Below are positions 21,042-31,974 of a stretch of 64,000 bases of DNA, piece by piece; positions within the stretch are counted from its first letter, which is position 1; every line of letters begins with the position of its first letter. Origin of the DNA: Vulcanimicrobiota bacterium (GTDB lineage: Bacteria > Vulcanimicrobiota > Vulcanimicrobiia > Eremiobacterales > Eremiobacteraceae); assembly GCA_963805945.1 (NCBI GenBank), contig CAWDVP010000006.1:1-64000 (forward strand), read 5' to 3'. A model generated the notes under the pieces. It worked only from the letters and a program-made list of their open reading frames with translations. It searched no databases and was not told the origin of the DNA. A program made the position numbers and the translations under genes.

Positions 21042-22474
21042 AAGACAAACAACAGGTCAAGAGCATTCCGCCCAAAGCGGATGACCTCTCCGAGTGGTAC
21101 ACGCAGGTCTGCCTGCGCGCGCAGCTTGTGGACTATACGCCTGTGCGCGGCTGCATCGCACTGCGGCCGTACGGTTTCGCGATCTGGGAACTGATCCAGG
21201 CGGAGTTCGACAAGCGCTTCAAAGCGACCGGTCATCAGAACGCCTACTTCCCGCTGCTGATCCCCGAGAGTCTGCTCGTCAAAGAGGCGGAGCACGTCGA
21301 GGGCTTCGCGCCGGAGGTCGCCTGGGTGACCGAGGGCGGCGGCGAAAAGCTCAGCGAGCGGCTGGCGATCCGTCCGACGTCGGAAGTCATCATCGGCACG
21401 ATGTACGCGCGCTGGATCCAGTCGCACCGCGACCTGCCGGTGCTCATCAATCAATGGGTCAACGTGGTGCGCTGGGAGAAGGCGACGCGGCCGTTCCTGA
21501 GGACGCTCGAGTTCTTGTGGCAAGAAGGTCATACCGCGCACGCGACCGAGCGCGAGGCGGCAGAAGAAGTGCAGCGCATGCTCGAGGTCTACCGCGAGGT
21601 GGCTGAGGACGTCGTCGGCCTGCCGGTCATCAAGGGGCGCAAGAGCGACAGTGAAAAATTCGCGGGTGCGGTGGCGACATATGCGATCGAAGCGCTGATG
21701 CCCGATGGCAAGGCGCTGCAAGCCGGCACCTCGCACGAGCTCGGCCAGCATTTCGCCAAGGCGTACGACATCACGTTCACCGACGTCGACGAACAGGTCA
21801 AGCACGTCTGGACCACGTCCTGGGGCGTCTCGTGGCGCATCCTCGGCGGGCTGATCATGGCGCACGGTGACGACCACGGGCTCGTGCTGCCGCCGGCGCT
21901 CGCGCCGCATCAGGTCGTCATCGTGCCTATACTAAAGAAGGGCGACGACAGCGTGCTGCCGGCCGCTCGTGCGCTCTACGAGACGCTCGCGCCGCTGGCG
22001 CGGGTCAAGCTCGACGACCGCCCGGAGCAGAGCGCGGCGTGGAAGTTCAACGAGTGGGAGATGCGCGGCGTGCCGCTGCGCATCGAGATCGGTCCACGCG
22101 ACGTCGCCGCCGGCACGGTGACCGTCGCCCGCCGCGACACGCTCGAGAAGTCCACCGTGCCCGCGGATTCGGTCGTGGCGGCACTTCCCGGCTGGCTTGC
22201 GGATATCGGCACATCGCTCTATGCGCGTGCCAAGAAATATCAGGACGAGCACACGGTGCAAGCGGCCGACCGTGCGACCTTCGTCGAAGCGCTCAAGCGC
22301 CAAGACGGATTCGTGCTCGCCCCCTGGTGCGAGAAGGCCGCGTGCGAGCAGGCGATCAAGGCCGAGACGAGCGCGGTCACGCGCGTCATCGCGGGCCCGG
22401 CGCCGGCCGGCTCGGTCTGTGCGTACAGCGGCGACCCGGCCACCGTCACCGCATATTTTGCGCGCTCGTACTAG
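21038..22474 (+). CDS. proS: Proline--tRNA ligase (archaeal/eukaryotic type)
   Basis: EAEHVEGFAPE, IRPTSE, FLWQEGHT, QAGTSHELGQHF, C-terminal FARSY. Confidence 0.96.
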   Translation: MKDKQQVKSIPPKADDLSEWYTQVCLRAQLVDYTPVRGCIALRPYGFAIWELIQAEFDKRFKATGHQNAYFPLLIPESLLVKEAEHVEGFAPEVAWVTEGGGEKLSERLAIRPTSEVIIGTMYARWIQSHRDLPVLINQWVNVVRWEKATRPFLRTLEFLWQEGHTAHATEREAAEEVQRMLEVYREVAEDVVGLPVIKGRKSDSEKFAGAVATYAIEALMPDGKALQAGTSHELGQHFAKAYDITFTDVDEQVKHVWTTSWGVSWRILGGLIMAHGDDHGLVLPPALAPHQVVIVPILKKGDDSVLPAARALYETLAPLARVKLDDRPEQSAAWKFNEWEMRGVPLRIEIGPRDVAAGTVTVARRDTLEKSTVPADSVVAALPGWLADIGTSLYARAKKYQDEHTVQAADRATFVEALKRQDGFVLAPWCEKAACEQAIKAETSAVTRVIAGPAPAGSVCAYSGDPATVTAYFARSY

Positions 22475-23762
22475 CCGAGGCCGGTTCGCGGCGTTCGGCG
22501 CGGCGTTGTGCGCGGCGTCCCTGTTCGTATTCCCGAGCTTCGCTCGGGCACTACAGACTCCGGGCCCAGCTGGCGGTCGAATAAATTCGACCGCTCCAGC
22601 CGCGGCCTCCGCTCCATTGGCTGCAATTCTCATGTACCATCACGTGTCGGCGACCGTCCAGCCCGGGCGATGGGCCAAAGCTCTCACACTGCAGCCCCAG
22701 GAGTTCGCGCAGCAGCTCTCGTTCCTGCAGGCCCACGGCTGCGAGACCGTCACCGTCGACACGCTGGTCTCGGACGTCCGCGCCGATGCTGTGCGCGGCT
22801 GCGAGATCGCCATCACCTTCGACGACGGTTATGCGGACAATGCGAGCGTCGCCGCACCGCTGCTGAGCGCCGCCGGTGACACCGCCACATTCTATGTCAG
22901 CTCGGGCTTGGTGGGTGCGCCGGACCACGTCAGCGCGCAGGCGCTGCGCGCGCTCGCAGAGGCCGGCTTCCAGATCGGCGCGCACACCGTCAACCACGTC
23001 GACTTGACACTCCAGACCGACGCCGTCGCGCGACACGAGATAGAGGGCTCGCGGGCGGCGCTGCGCGCCTGGACCAGCACGCAAGTCAGCAGCTTCGCCT
23101 ACCCGGCCGGCCAGCACGATGCCCGTGTGGAGCATCTCGTCGCGGCGGCCGGATTCCGCAACGCCATCACGACGCAACCGGGTCTGCTGACCGCGAACGC
23201 GATGGCAGATCCATACGCGTTGCCCCGTTATCGCATCGAGCGCGACACCGGCAGCGCGCTGCTGGCGCGCATCGTCGGACCCGGAGGAACGCCCGGCATG
23301 AGCGCGCCAGAGCGCAGCGCCATCGCGCGCGAGCGCGCCGAGGGGAACGACGCTGCGCTCGCCGAACGAATCGGCGCCGCTTTTCTGAACGCCGGCTATC
23401 CGGAACAGTTGCTCAAGGTGCGCGTGCTGCGCACCGCGGAGTCGACGGTCGTCGGGCTTATGCTCTCGGGGGTGAAGTTCCACGCCGAGGTCGACCGGCA
23501 GCAGTTCGAGCGCGACGTCGGCGGCATGATCGAGCGGGCTTTCGATGCCCGCCCTGATATCGCCGAAGTCGATGTGTGGGCCGAGGTGCCGCTGGCGAAC
23601 CCGCCGACCAGCGACGTCTCGGGCGATACCGCCGAGCCGACGACGCGGACGGTGTTCTCCGCGGCCGTCACGCGCGCCGCGCGCGAGTCGGAGGAGTCGC
23701 GGACCTCGATGCTGGGGACGATGTACTGGGAGAACGGATTCTTGACGAAAGTGCGACCGTGA
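22458..23762 (+). CDS. Exported polysaccharide deacetylase (NodB domain) with extra C-terminal domain
   Basis: TTG start and signal peptide; ILMYHHV, ITFDDGY, GAHTVNH, FAYPAG. Confidence 0.85.
   Translation: MRARTSRGRFAAFGAALCAASLFVFPSFARALQTPGPAGGRINSTAPAAASAPLAAILMYHHVSATVQPGRWAKALTLQPQEFAQQLSFLQAHGCETVTVDTLVSDVRADAVRGCEIAITFDDGYADNASVAAPLLSAAGDTATFYVSSGLVGAPDHVSAQALRALAEAGFQIGAHTVNHVDLTLQTDAVARHEIEGSRAALRAWTSTQVSSFAYPAGQHDARVEHLVAAAGFRNAITTQPGLLTANAMADPYALPRYRIERDTGSALLARIVGPGGTPGMSAPERSAIARERAEGNDAALAERIGAAFLNAGYPEQLLKVRVLRTAESTVVGLMLSGVKFHAEVDRQQFERDVGGMIERAFDARPDIAEVDVWAEVPLANPPTSDVSGDTAEPTTRTVFSAAVTRAARESEESRTSMLGTMYWENGFLTKVRP
22532..22555 (-). repeat. GTAG-type REP hairpin (family C), intragenic
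   Basis: Reverse complement TGTAGTG-CCCGAGC-GAA-GCTCGGG; a near-identical copy lies at about 26543-26564. Confidence 0.65.
22574..22598 (+). repeat. Intragenic REP-like palindrome (family B)
   Basis: CGGTCGAATAAATTCGACCGCTCCA, encodes GRINSTAP. Confidence 0.85.
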
Positions 23763-25043
23763 CGAAAGCTGAACCCGTCTACACGAAGTCGACGCTGCCC
23801 AACGGACTGCGCGTCATCACCGAGAAACTGCCGCACGTCCGCAGCGCGAGCATCGGCCTGTGGGTCGGCGTCGGCTCGTCGCACGAGAGCCCGGCGTTGC
23901 GCGGCATCAGCCACTGCATCGAGCATATGCTGTTCAAAGGCACGCGCACGCATTCCGCGCACCAGATCGCGGAGCTCATGGACTCGGTCGGCGGCAATCT
24001 CAACGCGTTCACCGACAAGGAGACGACGTGCTACCATGCCCGCGTCGTCGATAGCGCACTGCGGGTGACGGTCGATCTGCTCGGCGACATGTTCTTGGAT
24101 TCAGCCTTCGATCCGGGCGAGCTGCGCAAAGAGCAGCAGGTCATCTTGGAAGAGATCCGCATGTACGATGACTCGCCGGAGGAGGTCGCGCACGACCTGT
24201 TCATCCGTTCGGTCTGGGCGGGCAGCCCGCTCGGCGAGCCGACGATCGGCTACGAGGACACGGTGCGCGCGGTGACGCCCGATGCCATCGGCGCGTACAT
24301 GCACGAACGCTACACGCCTGATTCGCGTCGTGCTCACGGCAGCGGGCAACGTCGAGCACGACGCGCTCGTGGCGCAAGCGCAGTCGCTCTTCGGCGGCAT
24401 GCAGGGATCGCGCGCCGGCGGCGATCCGCCGCACCCCGATTTCTCGCCGGTGTCGGTGGTGCGCACCAAGGATTGCGAACAGGTCTACGTCCTCTTCGGC
24501 GCGGAGGGGACGAGCGCGAGCGACGACCGCCGGTATGCGCTCACCGTGCTCGACACGATCCTGGGCGGCGGCATGTCGTCGCGGCTGTTCCACGAGATCC
24601 GCGAGCGGCGCGGCCTCGCGTACAGCGTCTACTCGAGCCACAACCCGTATCGCAGCGCCGGCCTCATGACGATCGCGGCGTCGACGTCGCCGAAGAACGC
24701 GCGCGAGGTCGTCGGTCTGGTGCGCGAAGAGCTGGCGCGCTTGGTCGCCTCCGGCGTGAGCGACGCCGAGGTGGTCCGTGCCAAGGAGCACATCAAAGGC
24801 GGCGTGCTGCTCTCGCTCGAGAGCACGAGCACGCACATGCTGCGGCTCGGGCGCAACGAGCTCAGCGTCGGCAGGCACGTGCCGGCGGCCGAGCTGCTCG
24901 AGCGGGTCGAGGCGGTCACCAAAGAACAAGTGGACGAGTGGGCCCAGACGATGTTCGCACCTGGTCGCGTCGCGCTGACCGTGGTCGGTCCGGTGGACGA
25001 GGGATTCGCCGACGACGCGCAGCCGGTGTCGCAATCGGCTTGA
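23759..25043 (+). CDS. M16 family zinc peptidase (frameshift near 24322)
   Basis: HCIEHMLFKGT, NAFTDKE, LGGGMSSRLFHEIRE. Confidence 0.9.
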
Positions 25044-25065
25044 GCGCGGCCGCGGAACCGGCCGC

Positions 25066-25891
25066 ATGAATCCCGGTCTCTTCCTCTCCGTCACCGCCTT
25101 GCTCTACATGTTCTCCACTGCGCTGCAGATGGGGACGAATGCCGCGCGGTTGGCCGGCGTGCGCACGAAACGCGTCGCGACCGGGCTGACGCTCTTCAAC
25201 CTCTTCGCCACCACCGGCCGCTTCTTGTCGCTGTTCTACATGCCGCTCATCGGCAGTCTCGCGGACAAGTCGGAACGGCTGCAGGATCCGAACATCTTCC
25301 GCGACGATATGCGCTTCGTCATGGCCGCCTCGACCGTCGGCATCCTGCTCGGCGGCGCGCTCGTGCCATGGGCGACGCGGCTGCTCGAGCGCGGCATCGT
25401 GTCGTTCGAACGCCGCCATTCGCTCTTGCGCGCGGTCGGCGCAGCTGTTGAAGCCGCGGGTGGCGCTCTCCGCTCTGCGCGACTTCCGTCTGCCGCGGTT
25501 CTCGATGCTGCGCTATAGCCCCGCGAATCTCCCGAAGGGATTCTTGTGGAGCAACGTCGTCGTGATGGCGTTCTGGGTCGCAGGGCCGCTTGCGGCCTAC
25601 TATGCGGGCGTGCTCATACCGGCGGATCGTCTCACCGCAGTCTCGCTCTCCGGCTTGATCACCGGCGTGTCCACCTTGACGCTCACGTACATCGTCGACC
25701 CGACCGCGGCGCTCGTGACGGACCAGACCGCGCACGGCATCCGCCCAGAGTCGGACCTCAAGGCGATGATCCTCTATCTCATCCTGTCGGCGGTCATCGG
25801 GACCGTCGTCGCGCAGCTGCTGCTCGTCCCGGCAGCGGACATCATCAGCATGGCCGCGAAATGGGTCAACGATGCGCATATCCATGTCTAG
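25066..25891 (+). CDS. Amj-like lipid II flippase family protein (DUF2837; frameshift near 25440)
   Basis: RLAGVRTKRVATGLTLFN, SLSGLITG..T.....VDPTAALVTD. Confidence 0.75.
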
Positions 25892-26540
25892 GCTCGCGCT
25901 ATGCGCCGCGCTCTTCGCGCTGGCGACCGCATTGGCGGGCTGCACGCATGCGTTCCGGGACCGCATCGTCGATCTGCGCAATGCGCAGGGCGATGCTGCG
26001 CTCGACGCCGGCAACGTCGTGGAGGCGGAAAAGGAATACGGGCTGGCCATCGCGCTCGCTCCCAACGACGAACATGCGCGCGCCGGCTATGCCAAAGTGC
26101 TCTACCTGCACGCCAAGGCGAACTATCTGAGCGGCGACATCGACGACGCCTCTGTGGAGATCCAAAAGGCGCTCAAGTATGCGCCCAAGGACGCCGCGAC
26201 GCTCGACCTCGCGTCGGCGATCGACCAGGCGGCGATCCGCCGCGACGTCGTGGTGCAGAACTTCCCGTCGTATAAGGCGACGAGCGACGCGATCTCAGAG
26301 CGGCTCAAGGCCGACGCGCTCGCCATCAAAGACATCCAGCTGCAGATCCACGCGTTCCACACCGACTACGACGTGTCGCATCTGCGCAAGGCGATCGCGC
26401 TCTCGAGCGATCTCGAGACCGAGCAGCATCTCGTGACCTGGCGTCTGTCGGCGTACAAGAACCAGATCGAGGCGGGTGCGCCGGGCGAGACGCGCGCGCC
26501 GTCGGAAGTGGACGCGCCGGGACTGTTGCCTATCCCGTAG
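25872..26540 (+). CDS. TPR-containing lipoprotein
   Basis: Lipobox LAGC and TPR-like helices. Confidence 0.7.
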   Translation: MRISMSRLALCAALFALATALAGCTHAFRDRIVDLRNAQGDAALDAGNVVEAEKEYGLAIALAPNDEHARAGYAKVLYLHAKANYLSGDIDDASVEIQKALKYAPKDAATLDLASAIDQAAIRRDVVVQNFPSYKATSDAISERLKADALAIKDIQLQIHAFHTDYDVSHLRKAIALSSDLETEQHLVTWRLSAYKNQIEAGAPGETRAPSEVDAPGLLPIP

Positions 26541-26542
26541 AC

Positions 26543-26596
26543 CGCGAGCTTCGCTCGGGCACTATCCAAGGGCCGAACTGAAGTTCGGCCCCTACA
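26543..26596 (-). repeat. Adjacent family C-like and family A REP hairpins between convergent genes
   Basis: CGCGAGCTTCGCTCGGGCACTA then AGGGCCGAACTGAAGTTCGGCCCCTACA. Confidence 0.75.
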
Positions 26597-26603
26597 TAAC
26601 GAA

Positions 26604-28077
26604 TTACAATGGGTGGGCCAGATCGTAGACGGGCCAGCCCGTGTTCGTCGGCACCTGCGTGAACTGCTGCAGATAGGCGTAGAGCTCGGCGTTCGCTTTC
26701 AGCCGCGCCGGCTCGACCGCCACGTAATAGCGCGCGCCTTTGCTGATCGCGCTCTTCATGTCGAAGGGCGTCCACTGCAGCGGATCCTCTTCCCAGCCCT
26801 TGCGGTTGATGAGATACAGCACGTCCGGGCCGTAGTGCCCCATCACGATGAGCCCGGGCGCAAGCGTCTTATTGAGCTCGGTCGCCGACGCGAAGACGCG
26901 CGGGTTCCACTCGTAGTACGGGGCGATCTGCAGCATGCCGACGTATGCCGCGACGAAGATCGCCGACCGCGACGGCGACGCAGTGGCGCCAGGAGAGCGA
27001 CGTCGGCGCGACGCGCCGCCACACGCCGTCCAGCGCGACGCCCGCGACGAGCGCCGCGAGCGGCAGCCACGGCAGCAAGTAGTAGTCGACCCGCTCGACG
27101 TTGACGACGACGAACGCGTACAAGCACAGCACCGCGGTCCACGCGACGAAGAGCCAATCCCGCATGCGCCGCTGCTCGCAATCCGGCAGCACGAGCGCGC
27201 CGATGAGCGCGAGGGTCAGCAGCACCGGGCCCAAGATCGTCGTCGCCAGCATGCCCAACAGCGCGAGCGTGGTGCCGAGGCCGTTCCAGAACGCGCCGAA
27301 CGACGACAGCTCGCCGTGCAGCGCCGGCAGCACGTGCTTTTGGGTGATGCCGCTGAACCAATGCCATTCGGCGATCGCGTGCACGTGGTTGAAGTACAGC
27401 ACGAACGGCGTCAGCGTCAGCGCGAGGAAGAGATAGAGCGACCAATCGGCGAGCGCGCGCCAGCCGCGCGCCGCGAAGAGCATCGCGAGCAGCGGCGCCA
27501 GCACGAGCAGCGCGGGCGGTTTCGCGAGCCAGGCGAAGGCGCCCAAGACGATCGCCGCGATGAGATCGGCAGGCAGCCGTCGCACGCACCAGCGCCACCA
27601 GAACAGCAGCGTCGCGGTGGAGAAGAAGACCATGACGCTGTCGGGCGTCAGCGTGCGGCCGTAATACACCGCGCCGGGAGCGATGGCGAAGAGCAAGGCC
27701 GCGAGCAGCCCCGCGCCGCGCGAGCCGAGCTCGGCCCCGAAGAAGTACAGCACCACGATCGTGGCCAGGCTGAACAGCATGACGATGAGCCGGCCGAACA
27801 CCGTGTGGATGCCGGCGATATGGTAGAGCTGCGCGGAGATGAACGGCACGATCTGCAGCTCCAGCTCCACGTAATTGGGCGGCGGGCCGTCGTAGTCGAC
27901 TTGCGGATAGCCGATGTCGTCGTGCAGTTGCGCGAAGTTGCGCGCGATCGCAGCCTGGTCGCCTTGGCGCCAGCCGGGATGATCGAGGATCGGGTCGCGG
28001 ATGTGGGAGAGGCGCAGGCCAAGCCCGAGCAGCACGCAGACGGCGAGCGCGATGGCGCCGAGGCGCGCGGGGTTCAC
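26604..28077 (-). CDS. GT-C fold glycosyltransferase (ArnT/PMT-like; frameshift near 26960)
   Basis: WRQGDQAAIARNF, multi-TM, YYGRTLTPD, LAKP, DYYLLP. Confidence 0.8.
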
Positions 28078-28514
28078 GCTTGTCCTTCGACGGCCTGATG
28101 AGTGTGACGAAACGTCCAGTACTTATTGGCGAAGAAGTTCCAGCCCATGCCGACGAGCGTCGCCGCGAGCCACGCGCTCGAGTTGCGCAGCGGCATCGCC
28201 TCGGGCAGCAGGCGCAGCGCGCCCCACAGCACGAGCTCGCTGATGCCCAGCGCCACGGTGGAGACGCTGATGAACTGCGCGAGCTCCTTGCCGGCGTGCC
28301 CGGAGGAACGGAACGTCCAGCGCCGGTTCCACCAGTAGTTGTTGACGCCGCCGAGGATGAAGCCCGCGGCGTAGGCGAGCCAATGCGCGATGCTGACGTG
28401 CAGCAGCAGCGAGTAGATGACGTAATTGACGAGCGCGCCCGAGACGCCGACGATGCCGAACTTCACGAATTGGCGCACGCCGCGGCGCGCCATGAAGCGC
28501 TGCGGTGCGCTCAT
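28074..28514 (-). CDS. GtrA family flippase-like protein
   Basis: QFVKFGIVG, NNYWWNRRWTF, WNFFANKYWTF. Confidence 0.88.
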   Translation of the reverse strand: MSAPQRFMARRGVRQFVKFGIVGVSGALVNYVIYSLLLHVSIAHWLAYAAGFILGGVNNYWWNRRWTFRSSGHAGKELAQFISVSTVALGISELVLWGALRLLPEAMPLRNSSAWLAATLVGMGWNFFANKYWTFRHTHQAVEGQA

Positions 28515-30052
28515 GCCAGCCAATACCAATCCGCGAAGAGCACCGTGAACAGCCCGAGCAGCGGCAAGAACAGCGAGACGATGGCGGAGTTCACCACCGC
28601 CCTGCGCCCCCACAGCGCGAGGAGCATGAACGCGGGGAAGACGACGAGCACGAAGCGCGGCATGCTCATGAGGCTCGAGGTCGACATCGGCACGAGCAGC
28701 GAGGCGGCGAAATACCACGCGTACGACGGGCGCAGCGTGCGGAACGCGATGACCATGAGCACCAAGAACAGGCCCGTGAAGATCAGCTCCATGAGCAGGT
28801 TCACATCGGCGGGCGAGGCGAGCGGGTGCAGCGTCATCTGGTGGATCGTGTTGCCGATGCTCACCCAGGGCGGCGAGAGGTGCCTGTTCCAATTGGCCTG
28901 GACCTTCTGGAAGGCCATCGGGTCGCCGACGAGCGCGTACAGATACCCCATGTAGACGGCGAGTCCGGCGGGGATCAACCCCAGACCGATCGCGCCGCGG
29001 ACGAGCGCGGTGCGTTGGCCGTCGCGCCATGCGCGCCAGATCTCGTATAGCAGCGGCAGGGCGACGAGCACGCCTTCAGGGCGGGTGAGCGCTGCGAGGC
29101 TGCCGACCACGCCGCTCGTGATGAAATTGCCGCGCCGCGCATAATACACGGAGGCGACGGTGAGCGCGAGGAACAGCGATTCGGTGTAGACCGCAGAGAA
29201 GAAGATGGCCGTCGGGAAGATCGCGATGTAGAAGACGGCGTGGAACGCCGTCGAGTCGTCGCCGAACTCCAGCTTCGTGAGCGCGTACAGGTATCCCAAG
29301 GCCACGAAGAAGGCGGCATTGGATATGAGCAGCCCTGCGACGAGCGGATCGCCGAGCAGCTTGCCGACGAGGTGGATGAGGAACGGATAGAGCGGGAAGA
29401 ACGCGATGTCCTTGCCGTGATAGCCGAGCGTCGCGATGTCGAGATAGTGCTGCGCGTCCCAGCGGCTCCACACGTCGAGCATGATGCCGTGCGCCGGGGA
29501 CCAATGATGTCCGACGCGCTGACCGATGACGACCGCTGCGAGCGACGAGATGATGATGAGCGGGATGCGCGTCGCGAGGAACACCATCGTGACCATGCGC
29601 ACCGGGCGCAGGAAATAGGCGAGGAGGACGATCTTGATCGCCACCGCCGCCATGACCGCCATCGAGAGCACGAACGACGCGGAACCGACCGACCCCGGCA
29701 CCTGCAGCACATAGAGCCACACGGCGAACAGCGGCAAGTAGCTGAGCGCATCGGTCTGCAGCATGACGTCGTAGTCGATGCCGGTCCAGTCGCTGACGAT
29801 GCCGCAGTACAGCACCCACAGCGCGAGCGCCAACAGCGCGCCGACGACGGCGAACCCGAACAGCGCCACGTCCGCCGCGGGGAGGCGACCGTGCGAGGCG
29901 GCGACGTACCAGGCGAACAAGCCCGCGCTGCCGCCGGCCGCCGCGGTGACCATGGCGGCGTAGCGCGCGACGGCGGGAATGAGCGCGGGGCCTGCGGCGT
30001 AGCGCGAGCCCCGCAGCGCGGGTCGAGCGGCGTAATGCACTACAGCTTGCAT
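28511..30052 (-). CDS. Mannosyltransferase (PIG-V-like, GT-C)
   Basis: WSRWDAQHYLDIA, AFFPLYP, FSAVYTESLF, TRPEG, SMPRFVL. Confidence 0.85.
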   Translation of the reverse strand: MQAVVHYAARPALRGSRYAAGPALIPAVARYAAMVTAAAGGSAGLFAWYVAASHGRLPAADVALFGFAVVGALLALALWVLYCGIVSDWTGIDYDVMLQTDALSYLPLFAVWLYVLQVPGSVGSASFVLSMAVMAAVAIKIVLLAYFLRPVRMVTMVFLATRIPLIIISSLAAVVIGQRVGHHWSPAHGIMLDVWSRWDAQHYLDIATLGYHGKDIAFFPLYPFLIHLVGKLLGDPLVAGLLISNAAFFVALGYLYALTKLEFGDDSTAFHAVFYIAIFPTAIFFSAVYTESLFLALTVASVYYARRGNFITSGVVGSLAALTRPEGVLVALPLLYEIWRAWRDGQRTALVRGAIGLGLIPAGLAVYMGYLYALVGDPMAFQKVQANWNRHLSPPWVSIGNTIHQMTLHPLASPADVNLLMELIFTGLFLVLMVIAFRTLRPSYAWYFAASLLVPMSTSSLMSMPRFVLVVFPAFMLLALWGRRAVVNSAIVSLFLPLLGLFTVLFADWYWLA

Positions 30053-30122
30053 TCGCCGCCGCCGTCGCCGCTTCCGGCCGCCGTTCCAGGGTTTGGCCGC
30101 CTTAGGGTAAAGCAGGGCGGGC

Positions 30123-30959
30123 ATGCTAGTGCCCATCCTGGTGACTGTAGCGGTCGACTTTAGCCGACCGTCCGCGTCCCCCTCACCCACACCGGTCCCC
30201 AACGGCATCCACGGCACGTTCGTCAGTCTCGCCGAGACCGCGGCGGGGACGCAGGTGACGTTCGAGCATGCCGGCACTGTCAGCGCACTGCCCTTGCGCA
30301 GCGATGCGCTGATACGCGACCGGCCCCTCGGCGGCGATTGGAAGGTCATCGCCGCGACCGGGCTGCATGCGGGCGCGCCGGTGGTGGTGTTCGTCGGCAG
30401 CGGCGGCGTCACGCAGATCGATTCGCTCTACGAGCAGGTCGCGACGCGCTTCGTGCTCGTCAAGAACGGCTACGGCGTGAACCCGGCGGGTACGATATAC
30501 AAACTCGAAGGCCAAGCAGCGACCACGGGCGCTTCGCTGCCGTCAGGCGCATACGTGCTGCTGCGCGTGGATCCAGGGCGTTCGCTTGCCTACGATCTGA
30601 TCGCATCGCGCACGCCGTTCGCGCAAGCCGGCGGCCCGCCGAAGGTCAACGTCACAGTCGTGGTGCTGGTGCCCGTCAACACCGGGCAGCTCGACACCAT
30701 CTACATGTCGACGGATGCGCTGAGCTGGACGCCGAACGCCATCCGCATGTCGCCGCTGCCGGGCAATCGCTGGACGGTCACGTTGTCGGTGACAGGCGGT
30801 ACGTTGCTGAAGTACAAATACACGCGTGGGTCCTGGTCGAGCGACGAGCGCGATCTGGCGGGCAACGAGATCCCGAACCGGACGCTCACCGCGAATCCTA
30901 AAGGGCCGACGCAGACCGTGCAAGACGTGGTCGCTCGCTGGGCGGACCGTTCGAGCTGA
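30123..30959 (+). CDS. Exported protein with C-terminal CBM20-like domain
   Basis: VPVNT...IY...W.PNAIRM...YKYTRGSWSSDE....EIPNR...QDVVARW. Confidence 0.7.
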   Translation: MLVPILVTVAVDFSRPSASPSPTPVPNGIHGTFVSLAETAAGTQVTFEHAGTVSALPLRSDALIRDRPLGGDWKVIAATGLHAGAPVVVFVGSGGVTQIDSLYEQVATRFVLVKNGYGVNPAGTIYKLEGQAATTGASLPSGAYVLLRVDPGRSLAYDLIASRTPFAQAGGPPKVNVTVVVLVPVNTGQLDTIYMSTDALSWTPNAIRMSPLPGNRWTVTLSVTGGTLLKYKYTRGSWSSDERDLAGNEIPNRTLTANPKGPTQTVQDVVARWADRSS

Positions 30960-30996
30960 CGGCGTCGTGGCATGACGTCGCACGAGGGGAACTACG

Positions 30997-31953
30997 ATGG
31001 ATACGCTTGACTTCGTCAAGGTGACCGAGGCCGCCGCGCTGGCGTCATCGCGTTGGATGGGCCGCGGCGAACGCGACGCCGCCGATCAAGCCGCCGTCGA
31101 ACGGATGCGCGAGACGCTCAATGAGATGGCCATCAAAGGCAAGATCGTCATCGGCGAAGGCGAGCGCGACGAGGCGCCGATGCTGTTCATCGGCGAGGTC
31201 GTCGGCCGCGGCGGCGTCGAGGTGGACATCGCCGTCGATCCTGTCGAGGGCACCAATCTCGTCGCCAACGGACTGCCGAACTCGATCGCCGTGCTCGCGG
31301 TCACCGCGAAAGGCGGCTTGCTCAACGCGCCGGACACGTACATGGCCAAGCTCGCGGTGGGACCGAAAGCCGCGCCCTTCGTGCACATCGACGCCACCGT
31401 CACCGAGAATCTGCAAGTCGTCGCGAACGCGCTCGAGCGGCCGATCGGCGACGTCACCGTGGTCATCCTCGACCGTCCGCGCCACAAAGAGCTGATCGAA
31501 GAGGTGCGCCGAGCGGGCGCCAAGATCAAGCTGATCTCCGACGGCGACGTCGACGCGGCGATCGCGACCGCAATCGAGGGCACCGGCATCCAGGTCGCGA
31601 TGGGCACCGGCGGCGCGCCCGAAGGCGTGCTCGCGGCAGCGGCGCTCAAGTGCCTCGGCGGCGGTTTCATGGGCCGGCTCAAGCCGCGTAACGAGGACGA
31701 GATCAAGCGCGCCAAAGAGATGGGCTTCAAGAACGTCGAGAAGGTCCTCACTATGGACGACCTGGTGAAGACCGACGACGTCACCTTCACCGCGACCGGC
31801 ATCACCGACGGCGACCTGTGCAGAGGCGTGCGCTTCTTCGGCAACGGCGCAAGGACGCATTCGATCATCATGAACAGCCAGTCGCGCACGGTGCGCTTCA
31901 TCGAGACGGTCCATCAGCTGCGCGCCGAGCCCTTCAAGATGAAGCAGCACTAG
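30997..31953 (+). CDS. glpX: Class II fructose-1,6-bisphosphatase
   Basis: VIGEGERDEAPML, DPVEGT, ISDGDV, GGAPEGV. Confidence 0.96.
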   Translation: MDTLDFVKVTEAAALASSRWMGRGERDAADQAAVERMRETLNEMAIKGKIVIGEGERDEAPMLFIGEVVGRGGVEVDIAVDPVEGTNLVANGLPNSIAVLAVTAKGGLLNAPDTYMAKLAVGPKAAPFVHIDATVTENLQVVANALERPIGDVTVVILDRPRHKELIEEVRRAGAKIKLISDGDVDAAIATAIEGTGIQVAMGTGGAPEGVLAAAALKCLGGGFMGRLKPRNEDEIKRAKEMGFKNVEKVLTMDDLVKTDDVTFTATGITDGDLCRGVRFFGNGARTHSIIMNSQSRTVRFIETVHQLRAEPFKMKQH

Positions 31954-31974
31954 CATGCGGCGCCGCTGCCGCGC

